From: Clostridia bacterium
Lineage (GTDB): Bacteria; Bacillota; Clostridia; Oscillospirales; CAG-272
Direction of reading: 5' to 3'
Length of the DNA stretch: 48,689 nucleotides
Assembly (NCBI GenBank): GCA_017398145.1
Contig: JAFQHD010000214.1
Span: forward strand, 1 to 48,689
Part shown: positions 1-8,091 of the stretch, one piece after another
How positions within the stretch are numbered: position 1 is the first letter of the stretch
How the letters are laid out: every line of letters starts with the position of its first letter
Position numbers and translations under genes: made by a program
Notes under the pieces: model-generated
Databases searched by the model: none
Told to the model about the DNA's origin: nothing
Seen by the model: only the letters and a program-made list of their open reading frames with translations

Positions 1-297
1 AGAACCTGTGCTAACTGCGGTGCAACCGAGACTCAGACTATAGCTAAGCTTCCCTCCGACCCCAACGTTAAGCAGGGACTTGTATGGGATGACGATGGCA
101 ATATCCGTTACTATGAAAACGGTGTAGCTGTTTGTAGTAAAGGTCTTGTTGAGTACGAGGGCAATTACTACTACATCAACTCTACTTCAAAGGCGGTTAA
201 GAATTGTACATATACGTTCAGTACAGCAAAGGGTAATGGTTTACTTCCCGGTGGTACTTATCAGTTTGATGCTGAAGGCAGACTTATATTAAAATAA
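1..297 (+). CDS. 3' end of a secreted surface protein (Cys module plus cell-wall-binding-type repeats); 5' partial
   Basis: Frame 1 is open from the window edge to TAA at 295-297. It translates RTCANCGATETQTIAKL, the same RTCxxCGATETQ module as at 41250-41290 and 48520-48560. Aromatic/Gly repeats follow (GNIRYYENGVAV, YEGNYYYINSTSKAVKN, YQFDAEGRL), resembling choline/glucan-binding CW_binding_1 repeats. Confidence 0.6.
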   Translation, partial: RTCANCGATETQTIAKLPSDPNVKQGLVWDDDGNIRYYENGVAVCSKGLVEYEGNYYYINSTSKAVKNCTYTFSTAKGNGLLPGGTYQFDAEGRLILK

Positions 298-298
298 A

Positions 299-326
299 CA
301 CCTAAGGGTGTTCCCCCTTCGGGGGG
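299..326 (+). terminator. two short tetraloop hairpins after the partial CDS (possible terminator, no T-tract)
   Basis: cacc-taag-ggtg at 299-310 and ccccc-ttcg-ggggg at 313-326. No U-run follows. Confidence 0.3.
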
Positions 327-421
327 TGCCGCACAAGATCGATGCCTCCACGGGGCGTGCGGCGGGCAACGTATTATTACGGCAGAATCGGTCATAAAAC
401 AAAATCAGGAGGGAGATATAT

Positions 422-1570
422 ATGAAGTTAGTATTCGTTTCGAATTATTTTAACCATCATCAGAAGCCCTTCTGCGAGGAAATGTATAAGCGCTTGGGTG
501 AAGATTTCAGATTCATTTCCACCTCCGAAATGAGAGAGGAAAGAAAGAAACTGGGCTATAAACAGGGAGAAGATCTCGAATACGTGCTTTTATCTCATAA
601 GAGCGAAGAAGGCAAAAAAGAAGCGTTATCTTTAATTAATAACGCTGATGTTGTTATTGCAGGGGCTGCTCCAAACGAACTGCTCACAGATCGAATCAAG
701 TCCGGAAAGCTGTTGTTTCGCTATTCCGAAAGACCCTTTAAAAAAAGAATATCATTTCTGAAGAAGCTGTATTTCGCTTTTGATTTCCGCAAAAAAGACT
801 TGTTCAAAAAAAAGAATATCTATATGCTCTGTGCCAGTGGATATGCCGCTGCAGACTATGCAAGTGTAGGCGTATATAAGGGACGTACCTATAAATGGGG
901 TTATTTCCCTGAGGTAAAGGAATACGATATTGATGAGCTTCTCTCAAAAAAGAAGCGAAATACCCTTTTGTGGTGCGGACGCTTTCTTGACTGGAAGCAT
1001 CCGGATGATGCATTGAAGCTTGCCGCAAGATTAAAGGAATCGGGATATGATTTCCACTTGAATATCGTAGGCAAAGGAGAAATGGAAGGGGAGCTTAAGC
1101 AGCTCTCTCTTGATCTTGGACTTTTGGATTACGTAACCTTTCTTGGGTCTATGCCACCCGAAAGGGTCAGAGAGTATATGGAGGAGGCCGGTATATATCT
1201 GTTCACCAGCGACCGCAAGGAAGGCTGGGGGGCTGTACTCAATGAGTCTATGAACAGCGGCTGTGCTGTTATTGCAAATCAAGCAGCTGGTTCTGTACCT
1301 TATCTGCTCAAAAATAGAGAAAACGGCTTGGTATATTCCTTGGGCGAAATAGATGCGTTATATGAAAAGGTAAAATATCTGCTTGACGATCCCAGCAAAC
1401 AGGCAGAATACGGCGCAAATGCTTATCGAACTCTTACGGATATGTGGAATGCTGAAACGGTAGTGCAAAGAATACTTGAACTGTCAGCCGTCCTGCTTCG
1501 GGATAAGGAGTCCTTTGGTCTTTTTGACAAGGGCCCCTGCAGTATAGCTGAGATAATCGAGGACAGTTGA
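422..1570 (+). CDS. glycosyltransferase family 4 (GT-B, GT1/GT4 type)
   Basis: 382-aa ORF with AGGAGGGAG RBS upstream. C-terminal EGWGAVLNESMNSGCAVIA matches the EX7E region of GT4 enzymes. Confidence 0.8.
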   Translation: MKLVFVSNYFNHHQKPFCEEMYKRLGEDFRFISTSEMREERKKLGYKQGEDLEYVLLSHKSEEGKKEALSLINNADVVIAGAAPNELLTDRIKSGKLLFRYSERPFKKRISFLKKLYFAFDFRKKDLFKKKNIYMLCASGYAAADYASVGVYKGRTYKWGYFPEVKEYDIDELLSKKKRNTLLWCGRFLDWKHPDDALKLAARLKESGYDFHLNIVGKGEMEGELKQLSLDLGLLDYVTFLGSMPPERVREYMEEAGIYLFTSDRKEGWGAVLNESMNSGCAVIANQAAGSVPYLLKNRENGLVYSLGEIDALYEKVKYLLDDPSKQAEYGANAYRTLTDMWNAETVVQRILELSAVLLRDKESFGLFDKGPCSIAEIIEDS

Positions 1571-1588
1571 TTAAAAGGAATACAGGTA

Positions 1589-2884
1589 ATGAAGTTATTT
1601 GGCAAAAAAACGATACAAAATGCAAGCTGGATAATCGGCGGTAGAATCGGACATATTATACTTTCGTTTGTAATAGGTCTTTTGACAGCTAGATATCTCG
1701 GACCGAGTAATTATGGATTGATCAATTATGCAACGGCATATGCTACATTTTTTACGGCATTTTGTACATTGGGTATCAATTCTCTGATTATCAAGGATTT
1801 TATCGACTATCCCGAGGAAGAGGGAGAGGCGATAGGAACGACTTTGGTACTCAGACTGATATCCAGTATACTTTCCCTGTGTACTATCGTCGGTATAGTT
1901 AGTATTATCGACCGTAATGAGACCGTTACAATAGTTATTGTAGGGTTATATAGTGTAAGCCTCGTTTTTCATATATTCGATACCTTTAATTATTGGTTTC
2001 AGTCAAAGCTCAAATCAAAATATTATGCAATATCAACCCTTGTTTCTTATCTTGTTGCTTCGGCTTACCGTATAGTTCTGCTGATAACTGGTAAGAGCAC
2101 CGAATGGTTTGCTTTGGCAAACTCGGTTGACTATGCCGTAGTTGCGATATTATTATTTATATTTTATAAGCTTAACAACGGTCCAAAGCTCTCTTTTTCG
2201 TTTAGAAAGGCAAAGCAGCTTCTCAGCATCAGCTGTAGCTATATCCTTTCGGGTCTAATGGTAGCGATATACGGTGCTACCGACAAGCTGATGCTCAAAC
2301 AAATGCTTGACGAGGCTTCTGTAGGATATTATGCATTGGCGTCATCCATCAGTGTTATGTGGGTATTCCTTTTATCTGCGATCATAGATTCTCTTAAGCC
2401 CGATATTATGAGATATCATAATGAGGATAAGAAAATGTACGAGGAAGCCAATCGAAAGCTGTATGCAATAATTTTTTATGTTTCTGCTTTTGCATCTCTT
2501 TGCATTGTAATAATAGCTCCCTTATTTATAAAGATCGTATATGGGGAAGAATATTTACCTGCAGTTACTCCGTTAAGAATAGTTGTGTGGTACGTCTCCT
2601 TTTCCTATCTTGGTGTGGCAAGAGATATCTGGATCATATGCGAAAAGAAACAAAAGTATCTTAAGTATATTTATATAGGTTCAGCTCTTATGAATATAGT
2701 ATTGAACTATTTTATGATCCCCGTATTCGGCGCAAGTGGTGCGGCTATAGCAACCGTTGCGACACAGATATCTACAATATTCATTTTTCCTTTATTTATC
2801 AAAGATTTCGTCCCCAATACCAGACTTATGGTTGAGGCAGTAATGCTTAAGGGAATAATAAAATCCCGCAAAAAAGAGAAATAA
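1589..2884 (+). CDS. polysaccharide flippase, Wzx / MOP superfamily
   Basis: 431-aa polytopic membrane protein with about 12 or more hydrophobic segments and a typical 'polysaccharide biosynthesis protein' N-terminus (NASWIIGGRIGHIILSFVIGLLTARYLGPSNYG). Tightly coupled to the glycosyltransferase gene. Confidence 0.75.
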   Translation: MKLFGKKTIQNASWIIGGRIGHIILSFVIGLLTARYLGPSNYGLINYATAYATFFTAFCTLGINSLIIKDFIDYPEEEGEAIGTTLVLRLISSILSLCTIVGIVSIIDRNETVTIVIVGLYSVSLVFHIFDTFNYWFQSKLKSKYYAISTLVSYLVASAYRIVLLITGKSTEWFALANSVDYAVVAILLFIFYKLNNGPKLSFSFRKAKQLLSISCSYILSGLMVAIYGATDKLMLKQMLDEASVGYYALASSISVMWVFLLSAIIDSLKPDIMRYHNEDKKMYEEANRKLYAIIFYVSAFASLCIVIIAPLFIKIVYGEEYLPAVTPLRIVVWYVSFSYLGVARDIWIICEKKQKYLKYIYIGSALMNIVLNYFMIPVFGASGAAIATVATQISTIFIFPLFIKDFVPNTRLMVEAVMLKGIIKSRKKEK

Positions 2885-2885
2885 T

Positions 2886-3818
2886 ATGAGTTTTATTTCT
2901 ACAATCATCACCTCAGGTTCTACATACCTCGACATAGACGCCTATGCCTGCAGTATAGCTCTGGCTGAGCTGCTGAGGCTCAAGGGCGTAGATGCCGTAG
3001 CATATTCGGATGCCCCCTGCAATTACAGCGTGTGCCCCTCCCTTGTGTCAGAGGGTCAGCTTACTGTGTCCCTGCCGGAGGAGCTTATAAATAAAGCCGA
3101 ATACATAATAGTCGACGTGTCCGACCCCGATTATCTGAAGGATAACGTTCCCCTTGCCAATATCGTTGAGGTCTATGACCACCACGTAGGCTTTGAGGAA
3201 TACTGGGCAAGCCGTATAGGAGAAGGGGCGCGTATCGAGTTTATCGGCGCGGCGGCAACTCTTATATACCGCGAGTGGAAAAAGGCGGGACTTGAGGACA
3301 AGATGTCAGAGCATACCGCTGAGCTTCTGGTGGCGGCTATACTTGACAATACCCTTAATCTCACGTCCTCCAACACAACAGCCGAGGATATTGAGGTTTT
3401 CGAGACTCTGTGTAAAAAAGCAGGTATCGGAGAAGAGTGGTGTGACGCATATTTCTCCGAGGTTCAGAAAAGCGTCGAGGCGGATCTGAAAAACGCGTTG
3501 TTCAACGATCTTAAGAGGATCACGGATAATAAGATATTACCGCCCCGTATGGCACAGCTGTGTGTATGGGATGCAGAGAGTATAATAAAAAAGCTGCCTG
3601 AGATAAGGCTGTACTTTGACGGTAAGGACAACTGGTTGATGAACATTATAGATATAAAACACCGTTGCAGTTATTTTGTATCTGACAATTCGGTTTGTCA
3701 GGCAGGACTCGAAGATATTTTCGGTATCCGTTTTGAATCGGGTGTTGCAAGATCACCGGTTCCTTATCTACGTAAAGAGATTATAAAACATATAATTTCA
3801 AAAAATATTGGAGGTTGA
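2886..3818 (+). CDS. DHH/DHHA2 phosphoesterase, divergent family II inorganic pyrophosphatase (PpaC)-like
   Basis: 310 aa, the same length as PpaC. Motifs appear in PpaC order: LDIDAY, IIVDVSD, VYDHH, ILDNTLNLTSS (compare ISDTLLLKSP) and a C-terminal YLRKE. Several metal/PPi residues are replaced. Confidence 0.65.
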   Translation: MSFISTIITSGSTYLDIDAYACSIALAELLRLKGVDAVAYSDAPCNYSVCPSLVSEGQLTVSLPEELINKAEYIIVDVSDPDYLKDNVPLANIVEVYDHHVGFEEYWASRIGEGARIEFIGAAATLIYREWKKAGLEDKMSEHTAELLVAAILDNTLNLTSSNTTAEDIEVFETLCKKAGIGEEWCDAYFSEVQKSVEADLKNALFNDLKRITDNKILPPRMAQLCVWDAESIIKKLPEIRLYFDGKDNWLMNIIDIKHRCSYFVSDNSVCQAGLEDIFGIRFESGVARSPVPYLRKEIIKHIISKNIGG

Positions 3819-3822
3819 AACT

Positions 3823-4374
3823 ATGGTAGAATTAGGATTCATTCATGGCAGATTTCAACTGTTTCACAATGATCACCTGAACTACGCTCTGCTCGCAAAG
3901 GAGCAGTGCAAAAAGCTCATCGTGGGAATAACATCCCCTGAGAACTCGACGCTTATTCGTGAAGATATAGATCCTCACAGAAGCGAAGCTGCATCAAACC
4001 CCTTTACCTATTATGAAAGATTTAATATGGTAAAGCTCGCCCTTTTGGAGGCTGGAATTCCGAGAGAGGATTTTGAGATAACTTCTTATCCTATCGAGCG
4101 TCCTGAGATACTGTATAACTATGTACCTCTCCACGCTACATCCTTCTTCACTATCTATGATGATTGGGGCTATGAAAAGCTTCACAGATTGGGAGAGCTG
4201 GGATACGGTACCCATGTACTTTTCGATAAGAGAGAGAAAGCAATGTGCTCTACCGAGATCAGACAGAAGATCGTAGACGGTGTTGACTGGAGCGATATGG
4301 TACCCAAGGCGGTATATGACTACATCGTTGAAAATAACTTGACAGATAAAGTAATCAAATTATTACAGAAGTAA
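3823..4374 (+). CDS. cytidylyl/adenylyltransferase-family nucleotidyltransferase (NMNAT/NadM-like HxGH fold)
   Basis: N-terminal GFIHGRFQLFHNDH corresponds to the GRFQPFHxGH signature. GGAGG RBS sits 8 nt upstream of the ATG at 3823. The ORF track start at 3808 lacks an RBS. Confidence 0.7.
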   Translation: MVELGFIHGRFQLFHNDHLNYALLAKEQCKKLIVGITSPENSTLIREDIDPHRSEAASNPFTYYERFNMVKLALLEAGIPREDFEITSYPIERPEILYNYVPLHATSFFTIYDDWGYEKLHRLGELGYGTHVLFDKREKAMCSTEIRQKIVDGVDWSDMVPKAVYDYIVENNLTDKVIKLLQK

Positions 4375-4392
4375 AAATCAAGGAGAAAATTA

Positions 4393-5127
4393 ATGAATTT
4401 TGATGTAAACAGCATTCCTGTATCAGAGAGAGTTCATATCACCAAGAATCTTCTCAGATGGGGAATAGATATTGACCAGTACACAGGTAAGATCGACTAT
4501 ATTGAGGGTACCAAGCCTCTCGAGGTGAGAGCTGCATCCATCCACCTTATCCGTCACGCTGAAACTATGGCGGTTGCAAAGCACGAGTTTATGAGCGACA
4601 CATCCGATAACTGCGGCTTTACCGAAAACGGCGAGGCTATCACCCATAAGCAGGCAACAGAGCTCGATCCTTATGATTTTGACGTAGCTCTCTACGGCCC
4701 TATCCCCAGAGTTGTACATACCAAGGAGATCATCATGTCCCATCCTCAGAAGTTTGAGGCTTTCAAGGTACATAAGCTCCACGGTATCGATAACACCGGC
4801 TGGGAATACAAGTCCTTTGAGGAGATCCATCAGACCCCCACATTTATCGCCCGTGAGTTAGAGAACAATATGTTCGCAAGAACAAAGAGCGGTACTTCCT
4901 GGGGTATGGTAATTGCTAACTGCGTTGATGTTATGGACTATATCAACGAAAATTACGCAGGCAAGAAGATACTTCTTATGAGCCAGGGTAGTGTGCTCCG
5001 TGCATTCGAGATACTGCTGCGAAAGAGAAAGCATCCCTGGGATGACTTTACCGTTGAGGGTATGTATCACGTTGGTGATGACACAAACAAGAAGAAGAAT
5101 TACGGTATCATAAGCAAGATCTATTGA
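4393..5127 (+). CDS. histidine phosphatase superfamily (phosphoglycerate-mutase-like) protein
   Basis: LIRHAET matches the RHG/RHAE motif. The region that normally carries the second catalytic His reads MSQGSVLRAF (Q instead of H). Confidence 0.65.
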   Translation: MNFDVNSIPVSERVHITKNLLRWGIDIDQYTGKIDYIEGTKPLEVRAASIHLIRHAETMAVAKHEFMSDTSDNCGFTENGEAITHKQATELDPYDFDVALYGPIPRVVHTKEIIMSHPQKFEAFKVHKLHGIDNTGWEYKSFEEIHQTPTFIARELENNMFARTKSGTSWGMVIANCVDVMDYINENYAGKKILLMSQGSVLRAFEILLRKRKHPWDDFTVEGMYHVGDDTNKKKNYGIISKIY

Positions 5128-5150
5128 TCCTAAAGAGTGGGGGATACGAT

Positions 5151-5663
5151 ATGAAAAAGATTATAGCATTATTGATGATTGCTACAATGCTCTTCTGCAT
5201 CTGCGCTTGTGAAAGCAAAAAGGCCGAGACTCCCGTAGAAACCGACGAGATCGTGGAAACAGGTGAGTCTACAGATAACAGTACGGACTATTACAAGACC
5301 GACGTTGAGACCAACGAGGTGGAAACCCCCTACGGAAATCTCAGCTATCCCGTAGAATGGGTGGGTAATGTAGACGTTACCACAGCCGAGGACGGCGGCA
5401 GCTTCATAGTTATCTTCAAGGCTAAGTACGGTGATACGGTTGTTCCGCTGTACGATATAGTATTCGGAGCAAGCGAGATCGGATTTAAGTTAGGAGACCT
5501 TGATTTTGAGGGAACAAACGTTGAGGTATTCTGTGATGACTATACCCTTGAGGGTATGGAGCAGGTGCCCGAGGAATTTTCCGAGGATTATTCCATAAAG
5601 TGCGAGGACCTTAACGTTATAGTTTCTCATCTCGTATACGACTACGGCATGACAATCAACTAA
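5151..5663 (+). CDS. small secreted lipoprotein, function unknown
   Basis: MKKIIALLMIATMLFCICAC signal/lipobox-like N-terminus followed by an acidic mature region. Start chosen at the internal ATG carrying the signal peptide. Confidence 0.6.
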   Translation: MKKIIALLMIATMLFCICACESKKAETPVETDEIVETGESTDNSTDYYKTDVETNEVETPYGNLSYPVEWVGNVDVTTAEDGGSFIVIFKAKYGDTVVPLYDIVFGASEIGFKLGDLDFEGTNVEVFCDDYTLEGMEQVPEEFSEDYSIKCEDLNVIVSHLVYDYGMTIN

Positions 5664-5665
5664 AT

Positions 5666-5701
5666 AAAAAACCGTTCCCGAGAGAATCTCAAGGGAACGG
5701 T
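5666..5701. terminator. bidirectional hairpin terminator between convergent genes
   Basis: accgttccc (5671-5679) pairs with gggaacggt (5693-5701). An A-run precedes it, which gives a T-run on the minus strand. Confidence 0.6.
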
Positions 5702-6870
5702 CATTGTTTTATTATAAATTTTATTTCATCTTTTACACTTTTGAATTTTACAAAAATTTTAGAGAAAAACCTGTATATCCATAGCACTGGAAGCAATACT
5801 TTATATTTATGGAAGAATGGATAGTTTTCCCTTATATATGGACCTGTGGGAAATAGTCTATTGCATAGATATCTTGTTTTGCTTATTTTGGTGATTTTAC
5901 CTTCTCCATTGGCGAACCGGTCTATCATGCTTTTGTAGAGTACTCCATTATTTCCGAAAGCACCTGAGTCGATAAAGAACAATAACATTGTCTTTTCCTC
6001 ATCGGTTAAGGCATCTGATATATTATTTTTTCTAACGGCATCAATATCAAATATCTTTTTTGCTAATGTGCTTAGGTTTTTCTCAAAGCCGGATAATTTT
6101 ATCTTTTCAAGCTCCGCGTCAAGATAACTTCTATCAAGTATATCACCGTATTTGTTGAGATATACGAAAATATCGGTCAACACCTTTAGCCCTACACCGC
6201 CGGTATAATTAAAATGTTTGTACGCATGAACAAGGAGATGAATATAAAAATCTTCTTTTGAAAAACGAAATTCGTATTTCTTTTCATCCGTTTTTTCAAG
6301 CCGCTGCCAGATATCGAGATAATAATTATAAAAAACAGCGTTTACTGATTCGATTGCCAGATATACGTGCATTTCAAAATTAAATATCGGTGACTTGATA
6401 TAACAATCGTGCATATCCTTGCCATATCCGTCTACGGTGTAACCGTTTTCGACCATATATTCCCGCACAAGGTGACGCTTATTTATATCAATAAGAATAT
6501 CATTATCCACCATCTGTCTCATTCCGAGCTTGGGGTACACGTCCTGCAATATAATACCCTTTAACGGCAGATAAGCAATCTCGTTTTCATCCATAAATCT
6601 GTATAACTTTTCCCGTTCTACCGAATAGAGGAGACTACTTTTAATCGTTTGATTTATAGATAAACGCCATTTTTTTATAAGCTCAGGATCGAGCTTATCC
6701 CAATACGTTCCAATGCCATGCCGGTGATTGAAAGCATTTTATGTCTTTTTGCTTGACTGTGCAGCCTCAAGATCCATTTCTGCTATAGTCTTCTCATCGG
6801 GTACAATACTATGCAACGCACAGGAGGTAAGATATATTACATCAGGACCGCTTTTGAAATTGTCGTCCAT
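5701..6870 (-). pseudogene. PF14907-type 'uncharacterised nucleotidyltransferase' family gene, disrupted near the 5' end
   Basis: ATG at 6870 has an AGGAGG RBS. 43 codons later there is an in-frame TAA (6739-6741). The same frame then continues into the 297-aa ORF 5701-6594. Between about 6690 and 6745 the +1 frame (KRHKMLSITGMALERIG) looks more family-like, which suggests paired frameshifts. Confidence 0.6.
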
Positions 6871-7005
6871 TTCTTATCCTCCTTAATGATAATAATTAAA
6901 ATTGATTATACCGTATACGATATTTATTTTATCACAAATTCTTTTATCAGTCAACATTTGTTATATTAAGAGGATTTCAAAATTCAACACACAACTAATG
7001 TAATA

Positions 7006-7034
7006 TAAAAACCTCCCGGTGAGGGAGGTTTTTG
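7006..7034. terminator. bidirectional rho-independent terminator (downstream of the SASP gene)
   Basis: aaaaacctccc-ggtga-gggaggttttt, with A-run and T-run flanks. Confidence 0.7.
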
Positions 7035-7163
7035 TGTTGGAACGGTTAGTTTAAATCATTTTTTCTGTATAAGACTAATTTCGTACAACGATTTATCCAA
7101 TACAGAAAAATATTTATAACATTATAAAATAAACTTTACCGGGTCATGCCGTGCCGTAGGTGT

Positions 7164-7370
7164 TTACTTGGAGGCAAGGTCTCTTTCGTACTTCTCGATC
7201 ATCTTCTTAACCATCTGACCGCCGATAGAGCCTGCCTGACGGGAAGTGAGATCGCCGTTGTAACCCTTATTGAGTGTTACGCCTACTTCGTTTGCGGATT
7301 CCATCTTGAACTGCTCAAGAGCAGCCTTTGCTTCGGGAACCATTACCTTGTTAGAGGAATTGTTAGCCAT
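7164..7370 (-). CDS. alpha/beta-type small acid-soluble spore protein (SASP)
   Basis: 68 aa. KAALEQFKMESANEVGV...LTSRQAGSIGGQMVKKMIE is the canonical alpha/beta SASP signature. AAGGAG RBS present. Confidence 0.9.
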   Translation of the reverse strand: MANNSSNKVMVPEAKAALEQFKMESANEVGVTLNKGYNGDLTSRQAGSIGGQMVKKMIEKYERDLASK

Positions 7371-7512
7371 TGTTGTTTTCTCCTTACTTGCCCGTATAGG
7401 GCGTTTTTAAAATCTATCTTAAAGAGCATGAGTTGACTCAAGCTCTGCTATTATTATTTTCAATGATAATTTCTTTATGTCTGGCAATTTTTGTTGAATA
7501 ATCAAATAAAAG

Positions 7513-7538
7513 AAAAAAGCCATCTGCAGATGGCTTTT
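7513..7538. repeat. palindromic hairpin aaaagccatctgcagatggctttt, related to the one at 8027-8055
   Basis: Perfect palindrome sharing the CCATCTGCA..GATGG core with 8027-8055. It lies between divergent genes, so it is not an obvious terminator. Confidence 0.5.
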
Positions 7539-7545
7539 ATGCTGT

Positions 7546-7574
7546 TTGACAAATAGAATATTCTGTGATATCAT
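7546..7574 (+). promoter_or_regulatory. sigma-A-type promoter for the 7602 gene
   Basis: TTGACA (7546-7551), 17-nt spacer, TATCAT (7569-7574), with a TGn extended -10. Confidence 0.55.
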
Positions 7575-7601
7575 TTATATATCAACATAGGAGGTAGGAG
7601 T

Positions 7602-7979
7602 ATGAGCAAAAAGATACTTTTGGCGTTAAGAATATTATCGCTTGTTGTTTTCTGTGGGCTGGTGATATGTTTTTATTTTACCGATAATTATGTTGGTGAG
7701 GCGATAAGCTTATTTTCCTTTATGTTCATATCCCTATTATTGAGCGTTATCAAAGACAATATGACAAAAACAAAGGACGGCAATAATAAAAACAGACCTA
7801 TGAGTAAAAAAGAAAAAATAATGTCTATTATAAATATAACTTTTGCTGTTATATTAATTTTATCCGGTTGGTTATACCGACCTCTGCATATTAGCGTAGA
7901 CTATTTATACATGATTATCTTGCCTCTTGTTGTTTTTGGGGCAATTATAAATGAGGTCATCAGTTATAAAAACAAATAG
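7602..7979 (+). CDS. small integral membrane protein, unknown function
   Basis: 125 aa with 4 hydrophobic segments. GGAGGTAGGAG RBS and a consensus promoter upstream. Confidence 0.6.
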   Translation: MSKKILLALRILSLVVFCGLVICFYFTDNYVGEAISLFSFMFISLLLSVIKDNMTKTKDGNNKNRPMSKKEKIMSIINITFAVILILSGWLYRPLHISVDYLYMIILPLVVFGAIINEVISYKNK

Positions 7980-7982
7980 CGA

Positions 7983-8012
7983 AAAACAAGCCTTTTAACT
8001 TAGGCTTGTTTT
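7983..8012 (+). terminator. hairpin terminator for the 7602 gene
   Basis: aaaacaagcc (7983-7992) pairs with ggcttgtttt (8003-8012). Confidence 0.5.
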
Positions 8013-8026
8013 GTATATATAAAGAA

Positions 8027-8055
8027 AAAGCCCATCTGCATTGCAGATGGGCTTT
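8027..8055 (-). terminator. hairpin terminator downstream of oppA
   Basis: aaagcccatctgca / tgcagatgggcttt, with a T-run on the minus strand. Confidence 0.65.
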
Positions 8056-8091
8056 ATAGTTAGTTAAGCTATATCGCTTTGCTGTCTACTA

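Noticed and set aside
7146-7436. 96-aa plus-strand ORF overlapping the SASP gene
   Set aside because: It is antisense to an unmistakable alpha/beta SASP coding sequence and has no independent signals.
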